From NCBI GenBank assembly GCA_003563915.1, contig PWTE01000261.1, positions 29,200 through 93,199 on the forward strand: DNA of 64,000 bases, given 5' to 3'. This document shows positions 35,965 through 45,116 of the stretch, piece by piece. The DNA is from Nitriliruptoraceae bacterium. Its GTDB lineage: Bacteria > Actinomycetota > Nitriliruptoria > Nitriliruptorales > Nitriliruptoraceae. The notes beneath the pieces were generated by a model. The model did not search any database. It worked only from the letters and a program-made list of their open reading frames with translations, and was not told the DNA's origin. Both the position numbers and the translations under genes were made by a program. Numbering within the stretch: position 1 is the stretch's first letter; every line of letters starts with the position of its first letter.

Positions 35965-37823
35965 GTTCGCGTCTCCGGATCCCCCAGGTGGTCGGGACCT
36001 CCGCTCGGTCGCCACCCGTGCCCCTCACGCCGGGCGGCATCCGCCTCGTAAGCCTCCAGGAGTCGGGCGTACCCCGGCACGTCGACCAGCAGACGGTCGT
36101 GGCTGCCGTGCGCGACGACGCGACCGTCGGCGACGTAGACGACCTCGTCTGCCAGCAGGATGCTCGAACGCCGGTAGGCGACCAGCACCACCGTCGCCGG
36201 CAGGTCGCTCGCTCGCAACCCACGCATGATCGCGGCCTCGACCGCGGGGTCCACGGCCGAGGTGGCGTCGTCCAGCACGAGCAGCCGGGGTCGCCGGACC
36301 AGCGCTCGGGCGAGTGCGATCCGTTGCCGCTGCCCTCCGGACAGGGTCGCACCCCGCTCCCCCAGCTGCGTGGTGAGGCCCTGGGGCAGCGCCCGTACGA
36401 ACCCCGTCGCGTTCGCGAGCGCCAGCGCGTGCTCCACCTCGGCGTCGCTGGCGCCGCTGTCCATCCGCACGTTGCCAGCAACGGTGTCGTCGAACAGGAA
36501 GGTCTCCTGCGAGACGTAGGCGACCTCGGACGCGACGACGCCGGGTGCGAGCTCGCGCAGGTCGCGATCGTCGAGGTGGATCGCGCCCTCATCCGGATCC
36601 CAGAGCCGGGCGAGGAGCAGGGCCAGGGTCGACTTCCCGGACGCCGTAGGACCGACGATCGCGACGACCCTGCCGGGCGCGATGGTCAGGTCCAGATCAC
36701 GCAGCACCGGGGTGCCGTCCCCGTAGGTGAAGGACACCCCGCTCGCGCTCACCGCGGCCGCCTCGTCGAGGTCGCGGGCGGCCCCTTCCCCGTGGCGAAC
36801 GACGTCGTCAGCCGTGAGGACCTCCTGGACCCGCCGCCAGCCCGCGACGCTGCTCGCCATGTCCCACAGGAGGTAGCCGAGCATCCGCATCGGGACCGCC
36901 AGCAGCGTCAACAGGTACGCGACCCGGACCAACTCACCTGACGTGAGCACGCCGCCTGCGACCCTCACTCCCCCGACCGTGAGGATCACGACCGTGCCGA
37001 TCGCCGGCAACACCTCGGTCACCGCGCGGTAGCCGGTCCAGACCCGGCCGACCGCGACCAGCTGATCACGCAGATCATCGGTCGCGTCGGCGAAACGCCG
37101 GACCTCGTCGTCCTCGCGACCGAGCGCCTTCACGGTGACGGCCCCATCGATGCTCTCGTGCGCCACCGCGGCGACACGGCCGCGGCGCCGCTGCGCCTCC
37201 TCCATCGCGGCGAACGTCCGCCACGAGCCCCGCAGATCGATCCCCACGACCAGGACGAGCAGCAGGCTGGCGAGCATCCCGAGCCACGGATCGGTGACGA
37301 GGACGACGCCACCCGCGCCGACGAGCAGCAGCGCCACCCCGGTCGCGAAGGGCAACGGCTGCAGGACGAAGGTGGCCTGTCGTGCGTCCGCATCGGACAC
37401 CGAGAGCAGGTCACCGACCCCCCGTTGGCGGTACCAGCGCAGGCTCAGCCCCAGCTGGTGGCGGATCAGCCGCTGACGCAGCCGGTACTGGGCACCGAAC
37501 CCCAACCATCCGGCGGCCCCCCGCCGCAGGACGATGGCGACCGCCTTCCAGACCGCCACGGCCAGCAGGAGGCCGACCGCCAGACGCAGCCGTCCACCCA
37601 GCGGCTCCCCGCGGGCGAGCACCGGAACGATCACCTCATCGGTCACCCACCCGACCACGAGGGCACTCGCCACGATCCCGCCGGTGAAGGCCACCGCACC
37701 AGCGGCGGCGAGCGCGTACCGCAGAGGCGCTTCCGACACGAAGGCTCGGATCAACTGCCACCCAGCGCGCAGGACGGCACCGGCGCCCAGGGCGTGCGGT
37801 TCGTCGCTACGCGGGGAGGACAC
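35961..37823 (-). CDS. ABC exporter, fused TMD-NBD half transporter (first of pair)
   Basis: 620 aa. TMD followed by [23 protein letters not shown] and LVLDDATSAVD. Confidence 0.85.
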   Translation of the reverse strand: MSSPRSDEPHALGAGAVLRAGWQLIRAFVSEAPLRYALAAAGAVAFTGGIVASALVVGWVTDEVIVPVLARGEPLGGRLRLAVGLLLAVAVWKAVAIVLRRGAAGWLGFGAQYRLRQRLIRHQLGLSLRWYRQRGVGDLLSVSDADARQATFVLQPLPFATGVALLLVGAGGVVLVTDPWLGMLASLLLVLVVGIDLRGSWRTFAAMEEAQRRRGRVAAVAHESIDGAVTVKALGREDDEVRRFADATDDLRDQLVAVGRVWTGYRAVTEVLPAIGTVVILTVGGVRVAGGVLTSGELVRVAYLLTLLAVPMRMLGYLLWDMASSVAGWRRVQEVLTADDVVRHGEGAARDLDEAAAVSASGVSFTYGDGTPVLRDLDLTIAPGRVVAIVGPTASGKSTLALLLARLWDPDEGAIHLDDRDLRELAPGVVASEVAYVSQETFLFDDTVAGNVRMDSGASDAEVEHALALANATGFVRALPQGLTTQLGERGATLSGGQRQRIALARALVRRPRLLVLDDATSAVDPAVEAAIMRGLRASDLPATVVLVAYRRSSILLADEVVYVADGRVVAHGSHDRLLVDVPGYARLLEAYEADAARREGHGWRPSGGPDHLGDPETRT

Positions 37824-37902
37824 GGTCGCTCAGGCTCCTGCCCGCGCGATCATCCGCGTTCGTTCAGCGCGAGCCGGCGGACACTAGCCGCTAGACCACG
37901 GT

Positions 37903-37986
37903 GCGGCGACCCATCAGCGCCGCAGAGCGGCGACCCGATCAGCGCCGCAGAGCGGCGACCCGATCAGCGCCGCAGAGCGGCGACCC
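37903..37986 (-). repeat. 25-bp tandem repeat, about 3.4 copies, overlapping the 3' end and stop codon of pgk
   Basis: gcggcgaccc(g)atcagcgccgcaga at 37903-37926, 37927-37951 and 37952-37976, plus partial 37977-37986. Each unit contains the CGCCGC-AGA-GCGGCG hairpin and a TGA on the minus strand. Confidence 0.95.
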
Positions 37987-39160
37987 CTGGGAGGACACGG
38001 CCCTCGAGGAGTTCGAGCGACGCCCCACCGCCGGTCGACACGTGATCGACCTGCTCGGCGAGTCCGAAGCTGCGGATCGCTGCCGCCGAATCCCCGCCAC
38101 CGACCACGGTGAAGCCAGACGTGGCCGCCATCGCCTGTGCGACGGTGCGTGTGCCACCGGCGAACGCCTCCCACTCGAAGACGCCCATCGGCCCGTTCCA
38201 GAACACGCTGCCGGCACCACGGATGGCCTCGGCGTACGTCTCCGCGCTCTGCGGTCCGATGTCGAGCCCCATCTGCTCTGGCGGGATGGCGCCGACCGCC
38301 GCAGCGGTCGCGGGGGCCTGCTCCGCGAACTCGGGAGCGACGACGACATCCGTCGGCAGCAACACGCGAACACCGCGCTCGCGAGCCGCCTTCACCAGCT
38401 CGCCAACCGTCTCGACCTGATCCTCCTCGACGCGGGAGGCACCGACATCCACGCCTTCGGCCACGAGGAACGTGAAGGCCATCGCCCCGCCGACCGCGAC
38501 CGCATCGACGAGCTGCAACAGTTGCTCGAGGACGATCAGCTTGTCGCTGACCTTGGCCCCGCCGAGGACCGCGAGGTACGGCCGTCTGGGCTCGTCCAGG
38601 AGCCCGCCCAGAGCGTCGAGCTCCTGTGCCAGGAGGTAGCCCGCGTAGCCGGGGCGACGTGCGGGGATCCCCGAGATCGAGGCGTGCGCGCGGTGAGCAG
38701 CCCCGAAGGCGTCGTTGACGTAGACGTCGCAGAGACCGGCCAACGCGTCGGCGAACGCCTCGTCGTTCGCCGTCTCACCCGGATCCCAGCGGAGGTTCTC
38801 GAGCAGGAGCAGCTGACCGGGCGCGAGCGCCTCGGCCTTGGAGCGAGCATCGTCACCGATCACATCCGTGGCGACGATCACCTCCTGGCCGAGCAGCTCC
38901 TGCAACCGCTCCCCGACCGGCGCCATCGACGACGACGGGTCAGGCTCACCTTTGGGCCGCCCGAGGTGCGACGCGACCACGACCGCCGCGCCGCCGTCGA
39001 GCAGGTACCGCAACGTCGGGAGCGACGCCTGGACCCGCAGGTCGTCGGTGATGGCGCCATCCCGTAGCGGGACGTTCAGGTCAGCGCGGACGAACACCCG
39101 CCTGCCGTCCGGGTCCAGATCGTCGAGCGTCGCGACGCCTTCGAGGAGCGGCGAGGTCAC
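37964..39160 (-). CDS. pgk: Phosphoglycerate kinase
   Basis: GTG 39160 overlaps the gap stop as GTGA. RVFVRADLNVPL, ASHLGRPKG and GGGDS...STGGGA motifs. Confidence 0.93.
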   Translation of the reverse strand: MTSPLLEGVATLDDLDPDGRRVFVRADLNVPLRDGAITDDLRVQASLPTLRYLLDGGAAVVVASHLGRPKGEPDPSSSMAPVGERLQELLGQEVIVATDVIGDDARSKAEALAPGQLLLLENLRWDPGETANDEAFADALAGLCDVYVNDAFGAAHRAHASISGIPARRPGYAGYLLAQELDALGGLLDEPRRPYLAVLGGAKVSDKLIVLEQLLQLVDAVAVGGAMAFTFLVAEGVDVGASRVEEDQVETVGELVKAARERGVRVLLPTDVVVAPEFAEQAPATAAAVGAIPPEQMGLDIGPQSAETYAEAIRGAGSVFWNGPMGVFEWEAFAGGTRTVAQAMAATSGFTVVGGGDSAAAIRSFGLAEQVDHVSTGGGASLELLEGRVLPGVAALRR

Positions 39161-40161
39161 AGCCGCTCGCCGATGTAGACCGCGGCCTCGGCCAGCCGGG
39201 TGGAGTAGCCCCACTCGTTGTCGTACCAGCCCAGCACCTTCACCAGCCGCCCCATCGCCAAGGTCGAGGGAGCATCGAAGATGCACGAGTGGGGGTTGCC
39301 GACGATGTCGATGGACACCAGGGGCGCCTCGCTGTACTCGAGGATGCCGGAGAGCGGCCCCTCAGCTGCCTCCTTCACCGCGGCGTTGACCTCGTCCTTC
39401 GTGACCTCCTTGCCGAGGACCAGGGTGAGGTCGGTGATCGAGCCATCCGGGATCGGGACACGCAGTGCCATCCCGGACAAGCGCCCTTCCATCTCCGGAA
39501 GCGCCAGCGACGCGGCCTGCGCAGCTCCTGTCGTCGTCGGCACGATCGATACGGCGGCGGCGCGGGCACGACGCGGGTCCTTGTGCGGCGCGTCATGGAT
39601 GTTCTGGTCACCGGTGTACGCGTGGATCGTGGTCATCAGACCCTGCTCGATGCCGAAGGCGTCGTGGAGCACCTTGGTCATCGGCACGACCGAGTTCGTG
39701 GTGCAGGACGCCATCGAGATGACGTCGTGCTGCTCCGGGTCGTAGTCACCCTCGTTGGCACCGAGGACGATCGTGACGTCCTCCTGCTTGGCCGGCGCGG
39801 AGATCAGCACCTTCTTGGCACCCGCTTCCAGGTGCTTGGCCGCAGCATCGCGTTGGGTGAAGAACCCGGTGGACTCGACCACGACGTCGACACCGAGGTC
39901 CTTCCACGGCAACGCCGCGGGGTCCCGCTCGGAGAGGACCTTGATACGGGTGTCGTTGACGACGAGGTCGTCGCCGTCGGTGTCCACGGTGCCGTCGAAG
40001 CGCCCGTGCACGCTGTCGTACTCCAGCAGCAGGGCGAGCATGTCCGTGTCCGTCAGGTCGTTGACGGCGACGAACTCCAGATCGACACCTTCCTTGATGG
40101 CCGAACGCAGCAGGTTGCGGCCGATACGGCCGAAACCGTTGATCGCGACGCGGGTGGTCAT
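39157..40161 (-). CDS. gap: Glyceraldehyde-3-phosphate dehydrogenase (type I)
   Basis: GAGGAG SD precedes ATG 40161. VAINGFGRIGRN, active-site ASCTTNS, WYDNEWGYS. Confidence 0.95.
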   Translation of the reverse strand: MTTRVAINGFGRIGRNLLRSAIKEGVDLEFVAVNDLTDTDMLALLLEYDSVHGRFDGTVDTDGDDLVVNDTRIKVLSERDPAALPWKDLGVDVVVESTGFFTQRDAAAKHLEAGAKKVLISAPAKQEDVTIVLGANEGDYDPEQHDVISMASCTTNSVVPMTKVLHDAFGIEQGLMTTIHAYTGDQNIHDAPHKDPRRARAAAVSIVPTTTGAAQAASLALPEMEGRLSGMALRVPIPDGSITDLTLVLGKEVTKDEVNAAVKEAAEGPLSGILEYSEAPLVSIDIVGNPHSCIFDAPSTLAMGRLVKVLGWYDNEWGYSTRLAEAAVYIGERL

Positions 40162-40247
40162 GCCGGTGCTCCTCTTGTCGGTCGGGCGCAGGTCGGACGG
40201 GCGCAAGCGCTTTCAGCCCCGACACTAGCAGCGCCACCCCAGGCTGG

Positions 40248-41237
40248 TCAGGGCCGTTCTGCCGAGGTCGGCCGGTGCCGAGGTCCCTCGCGTCGCCCCT
40301 CGGGAGTCGCCTCGCCGAGCTCGATGAGCCGTCGCAGCCTCCGGTGGACCACCGACTTGCCGACCGGGGGGTCGAGGAGCGCCCCGACCTCCTGGAGGCT
40401 CGCGGCCGGGTTGGCCAACCGTGCGAGGCCAACCTCCCGGAGCTCATCGTCCAGGGCCTCCCACCCGTGACGTGAGATCACGTCCTCGACCGCCCGGATC
40501 TGCGCGGCGGCCGCCTCGATCGACCGCCGCAGGTTGGCCGCGTCGGCGTTGGCCAGGCGATTGGCTTCACCCCGCAGCTGTCGGCGCATGCGGTGCTCGT
40601 CCCACCGCAGGAAAGCTGCGGACGCCCCGACCAGCACGAGCACGTCGCCGATCGTCTCGCCGGACTTGACCACGACGCGGTCGCGGTCCGCTGCGAGCCC
40701 CACGCTCCGGTCCAGTTCGTGGGTGAGCAGGGCCGCGAGCGCCTGAGCGACCACGCGCGAGCCTGGCGACAGCTCGAGGTGGGGTTCCCGCCCGGGTGAC
40801 GAGAACGATGCGCACGCCAGGACCGCACCACGCAGGTACGCCGGCACCGGCCCGTTCCCCGGGGAGACCGGGAGGACGGCGACGGGATGACCCACATCGT
40901 CAAGCAGTCCGAGATCCTGTGCCAACGGCTCCGTCGCGTCAGGGGTCAGGCGCACCTCGTACGTCGTTCGGCGGTGGACCCCCGATGGGGCCCGGACCGC
41001 GATCTCCGGGTGGTGTGCCCCGTGATGTGTCAGCAACGCGTAGGTCCGCCGAGCCACCGCCCCCGAGGTGGTCGCGATCACCAACCGTGGCCCTCGCGGG
41101 CCAGGGCCACTCCAGTTCAGCCGACCCGCACACCGCGCGATCGCCGCCAGCTCCGCCCAGGCCTGAGCCCCGGCACCGACCGGTCGGCTCGAGAGCTCCT
41201 GGCGCACGGCCGCGGTGAAGCTCGCGGTCTCCTCCAT
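40248..41237 (-). CDS. whiA: Sporulation/cell-division transcription factor WhiA
   Basis: Starts at M147 of ORF 40248..41675. N-terminal SFTAAVRQEL, a LAGLIDADG-like middle domain, and a C-terminal HTH (LANPAASLQEVGALLDPPVGKSVVHRRLRRL). Confidence 0.9.
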   Translation of the reverse strand: MEETASFTAAVRQELSSRPVGAGAQAWAELAAIARCAGRLNWSGPGPRGPRLVIATTSGAVARRTYALLTHHGAHHPEIAVRAPSGVHRRTTYEVRLTPDATEPLAQDLGLLDDVGHPVAVLPVSPGNGPVPAYLRGAVLACASFSSPGREPHLELSPGSRVVAQALAALLTHELDRSVGLAADRDRVVVKSGETIGDVLVLVGASAAFLRWDEHRMRRQLRGEANRLANADAANLRRSIEAAAAQIRAVEDVISRHGWEALDDELREVGLARLANPAASLQEVGALLDPPVGKSVVHRRLRRLIELGEATPEGRREGPRHRPTSAERP

Positions 41238-41244
41238 CGTGCGC

Positions 41245-42177
41245 TCACCCCCGCAGGACGTGCTCGAGCACCGTGGCCAGCTTGCCAGGGTCGTGACCGT
41301 CCTGCCCGTCGAGCAGGTCCACCTGCTCCAACGTGCCCACGTGCCCCGCGATCTCCGCGTCGGAGACCCGGAGCGGCACCCCTTCGCCGGAAGGGGCCGG
41401 TCCGTCGTGGGCGATGAGCCGATCCAGACGGAGACCGGGGACGTGTTGCTCGAGGACCTCGAGGTGGTCGACCAGGTCCATGCCCTCGGTCTCCCCCGGC
41501 TGCTCTCGCAGGTTGGCGACGAACACGACCTCGCCCCGGGCCCGCCGCAACGCCGCCGCGATGCCTGGCACGAGGAGGTTCGGCAGCAGGCTGGTGTACA
41601 GCGACCCCGGCCCCAGCACGACGAGGTCGGCCCGCTCGATCGCCGCGACGGCGTCCTCGGTCGCCGCCGGATCACCGGGCTCGAGCCAGACCCGCTGCAG
41701 CCGCGGTGTCGCGGCCACCGCGACCTGGCCGGTCACGGCCCCATCCGCGGTCGTCGCGTGCAGCGTGACGGGGACCGTCGTGCACGGTAGGACCCGACCT
41801 GGGACCTGGAGCAGTTGGGCGCAGCGGTCCAGGGCGGCGACCAGGTCCCCGCCGGAGAGCGACTGGAGGGCGACGAGGATGAGGTTGCCCACGCTGTGTC
41901 CCGCGAGCTCGCCACGGTCGAAGCGGTAGCCGACGATCCGAGCGAGCTCAGGTTCCCGGGCCAGTGCGGTCAGCGCCATCCGCAGGTCACCTGGCGGCAG
42001 CACGTCGAGGTCCCGCCGGAGTCGACCGGACGAGCCCCCGTCGTCGGCCACCGTCACGATGGCGGTCACGTGGTCGACGACCCGTGGCAGCGCGGTCAGC
42101 GTCCGTGCGGTCCCGTGCCCGCCGCCGATCGCGACCGCGCGGGTCCCGTCGCCGGGCCCGACCGGCGCGGCACTCAC
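41245..42177 (-). CDS. YvcK/CofD-family gluconeogenesis/cell-shape factor (uridine-diphosphate-sugar binding)
   Basis: AIGGGHG...TVADDGGSSGRLRR...PGDLR is the YvcK/CuvA family signature. GTGA overlap with the rapZ stop. Confidence 0.85.
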   Translation of the reverse strand: MSAAPVGPGDGTRAVAIGGGHGTARTLTALPRVVDHVTAIVTVADDGGSSGRLRRDLDVLPPGDLRMALTALAREPELARIVGYRFDRGELAGHSVGNLILVALQSLSGGDLVAALDRCAQLLQVPGRVLPCTTVPVTLHATTADGAVTGQVAVAATPRLQRVWLEPGDPAATEDAVAAIERADLVVLGPGSLYTSLLPNLLVPGIAAALRRARGEVVFVANLREQPGETEGMDLVDHLEVLEQHVPGLRLDRLIAHDGPAPSGEGVPLRVSDAEIAGHVGTLEQVDLLDGQDGHDPGKLATVLEHVLRG

Positions 42178-43085
42178 CCGACGCCCAGGTCGCGATGCTG
42201 GACGCTCACCGGGAGCCCCGTCGTCTCCCGCAGGTACTCCCCGATCCGGTCACCGATCGCTACGGACCGATGTCGGCCGCCCGTACAGCCGATCGCGATG
42301 GTCAGGTAGCGCTTACCCTCCTCGACGTAGCCTGGCACGACGACGTCCAGCAGGTGGGTCAACGCGTCCATGAACCGTTCGGCCGACGGGCGGCTGAACA
42401 CGTAGTCGCGCACCTCGCGGTCGCGACCGGAGAACGGGCGCAGCTCCTCCACCCAGTGCGGGTTCGGCAGGAAGCGCACGTCGAAGACCAGGTCTGCATC
42501 CCGTGGCGAACCGTGCTTGAACCCGAAGGAGATGACGTCGATACGCAGGGCCGCGGCGTTCTCGTCGTCCATCACCGAGAGGACCCGATCCCGCAGCTCG
42601 TGGACGTTCAGGTTCGTCGTGTCGATGATCAGGTCGGCCAGGCCGCGCAGCTCACGGAGCTTGTCACGCTCCCGACGGATCCCGTCCAGCACGCCACCGC
42701 CATCCGCGGCCGGGTGGCGTCTCCGGGTCTCCTCGAAACGCCGCACGAGGGCCTCGTCGTCCGCCTCCAGGAACACGAAGCGCACGTCCAACTCGCTGTG
42801 TTGCAGCTTGTGGATGGTGTCGACCAGTTCGTTGAAGAACTCCCGCCCGCGGACGTCCGCGACCAGCGCCAGCTTGGTCACCGACGACCCGGGCGCGAAC
42901 GCCAGATCGGCGACCCGTTCGATCAGCGTCGGGGGCAGGTTGTCGATCACGAACCACCCCAGGTCCTCGACGACGTTCGATGCCGTCGACCGTCCCGCAC
43001 CCGACATGCCGCTGATGATGAGGATGCGTGGCCGCAGATCGCTCGACACGTCGAGGCTGGCCGGGTGGGTCGCCTGGTCACTCAA
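42174..43085 (-). CDS. rapZ: RNase adapter / nucleotide-binding protein RapZ (YvcJ)
   Basis: ISGMSGAGRSTA P-loop and a C-terminal IGCTGGRHRSV motif. The TTG start overlaps the uvrC stop as TTGA. Confidence 0.9.
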   Translation of the reverse strand: MSDQATHPASLDVSSDLRPRILIISGMSGAGRSTASNVVEDLGWFVIDNLPPTLIERVADLAFAPGSSVTKLALVADVRGREFFNELVDTIHKLQHSELDVRFVFLEADDEALVRRFEETRRRHPAADGGGVLDGIRRERDKLRELRGLADLIIDTTNLNVHELRDRVLSVMDDENAAALRIDVISFGFKHGSPRDADLVFDVRFLPNPHWVEELRPFSGRDREVRDYVFSRPSAERFMDALTHLLDVVVPGYVEEGKRYLTIAIGCTGGRHRSVAIGDRIGEYLRETTGLPVSVQHRDLGVG

Positions 43086-45040
43086 CCGTGTCCCTCCGCG
43101 TGGTCCGGGGCACCGTCCGAGGTGCGTCGCCGGGATCGCTCCCCGAGGTGCTCCTTGACGGCCGCGGCGATGGTACGGGACACGCCCGGCACCTCGGCGA
43201 GCTCGTCCACCGTGGCGTGCCGCACAGCCGCCACGGACCCGAAGCGTTCCAGCAGCGCCTGCCGGCGGGTCGGACCGACCCCTGGAACGTCGTCCAACGC
43301 GGACGCGGTCAGGGCCTTGGCGCGGCGCGACCGCTGGTAGGTGATCGCGAACCGGTGGGCCTCGTCGCGGAGCCGCTGGAGGAGGAACAGTGCCTCACTA
43401 CCTCGCGGCAGCACGACCGGACGTGACTGACCGGGTCGCCACAGCTCCTCGAAGCGCTTGGCCAGACCGACGAAGGCCACGTCGTCGGTGGGCAGGTCCG
43501 CGACACCCTCCAGAGCCGCGTTCAGCTGCCCCACCCCCCCATCGATGACCACGAGGTTGGGCGGGTAGGCGAACCGGCGCGGTGAACCATCGTCCTCGAT
43601 GACCGGGGCGGCACGTTCCTCGGCCAGGCGGCTGAACCGCCGCCGGAGGACCTCACGCATCGCCGCGAAGTCGTCGTTGGTGTCGACCGAGAGCTTGAAC
43701 CGCCGGTAGTCGCTCTTGCGTGGAAGCCCGTCCTCGAAGACGACCATCGAGCCGACCACCTCGGTGCCGCCGAGATGCGAGATGTCGTAGCCCTCGATGC
43801 GCAGGGGCGCCTCGTCCAGGTCGAGCGCCTCCTGCAGCTCCTTCAGGGCCCGGGTACGGCTGTCGAAGTCGCTCGCCCGTTGGAGCCGGGTGCGCTGGAA
43901 CGCCTCCCGGGCGTTCTCCTCGACGGTGCGGAGGAACGCGAGCTTGTCCCCACGTTGCGGCACCTGGAACCGCACCTTGCGGATGGGGCGTCCACGCTGC
44001 CCCGCCCGGGTGTGGCGGCGTTGGTCCGCCAGCAAGGTCGCCAACGCCTCGGCGTCGTCGGGTTCGACCGGGACGAGGATCGTCGGCGGGACGTCGTCAT
44101 CCCGTTCGGCGTAGAGCTGCAGCAGGAACGAGGTCAACAGTTCGGCCGTGGTGAGGTCTTCGACCTTGTCGACGCTCCACCCCTTGCGCCCGACCAGGCG
44201 ACCCCGGCGGACGAAGAAGGCCTGCACCGACGCCTCCAGCTCGTCCTCGTGGATCGCGATCGCGTCCAGGTCCTCGGCCCGGCCCGTGACCACCTGCTGC
44301 TTCTCGAGGGCACGGCGCGCTGCTTCGAGCTGGTCCCGCCGCCGCGCCGCCACCTCGTAGTTGAGCTCGTTTGCAGCCTCACGCATCTCGGTCTCGAGAT
44401 GGTCGAGCACCGGCTTGGTCTCGCCGTCCAGGAAGCTCGCCAGGCCGTCGACCAGCTCACGGTGCTCCTCGGGCGAGACCTCGCCGGTACAGGGCGCCGC
44501 GCAGCGGTCGATGTGGTGTAACAGGCACGGGCTCCCCGAGCGCCTCGCCCGGTCGTAGACCCCCTGCGAGCAGGTACGGACGGGGAACACGCGCAGGAGC
44601 AGGTCGAGGGTCTCGCGGATCGCGTAGGCGTGGGCGTAGGGTCCGAACCGGCGGTCCCCCTTCGCGACCGCGCCGCGCTGGACCCGAGCCCGCGGGACCT
44701 CCTGTGAGGTCGACAGGACCAGGTAGGGGTAGGACTTGTCGTCCCGGTACCGGACGTTGTAGCGGGGCCGGTGCCGCTGGATCAGGGTGTACTCGAGGTG
44801 GAGCGCCTCGACCTCGGAGTCCACGACGATCCACTCGACGTCGCGCGCGGCCTCCAGCATCGCACGGGTGCGCGGCGCGATGCCGCTCCACGCCTGGAAG
44901 TAGCTGCCCAGCCGGCTGCGCAGGGATTTGGCCTTCCCGACGTAGATCACCCGGCCGTGGGCGTCCTTGAACTGGTAGCAGCCCGGGGCGTCGGGGACGC
45001 TGCCCGGGTCCGGACGGAAGCTCGCCGCAGGGTTGCGCAT
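43082..45040 (-). CDS. uvrC: Excinuclease ABC subunit C
   Basis: Starts at M235 of ORF 43082..45742. GIY-YIG N-terminus (GCYQFKD..GRVIYVGKAKSLRSR), UVR domain, and C-terminal (HhH)2 (LDDVPGVGPTRRQALLERFGS). Confidence 0.92.
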   Translation of the reverse strand: MRNPAASFRPDPGSVPDAPGCYQFKDAHGRVIYVGKAKSLRSRLGSYFQAWSGIAPRTRAMLEAARDVEWIVVDSEVEALHLEYTLIQRHRPRYNVRYRDDKSYPYLVLSTSQEVPRARVQRGAVAKGDRRFGPYAHAYAIRETLDLLLRVFPVRTCSQGVYDRARRSGSPCLLHHIDRCAAPCTGEVSPEEHRELVDGLASFLDGETKPVLDHLETEMREAANELNYEVAARRRDQLEAARRALEKQQVVTGRAEDLDAIAIHEDELEASVQAFFVRRGRLVGRKGWSVDKVEDLTTAELLTSFLLQLYAERDDDVPPTILVPVEPDDAEALATLLADQRRHTRAGQRGRPIRKVRFQVPQRGDKLAFLRTVEENAREAFQRTRLQRASDFDSRTRALKELQEALDLDEAPLRIEGYDISHLGGTEVVGSMVVFEDGLPRKSDYRRFKLSVDTNDDFAAMREVLRRRFSRLAEERAAPVIEDDGSPRRFAYPPNLVVIDGGVGQLNAALEGVADLPTDDVAFVGLAKRFEELWRPGQSRPVVLPRGSEALFLLQRLRDEAHRFAITYQRSRRAKALTASALDDVPGVGPTRRQALLERFGSVAAVRHATVDELAEVPGVSRTIAAAVKEHLGERSRRRTSDGAPDHAEGHG

Positions 45041-45116
45041 CACCGACGAGCGTACTGAGCACGGACCGCGGCCCGGCCCCATGGTTAGGCTGCGGCGGGC
45101 ACAGGGAGGAGAACAC

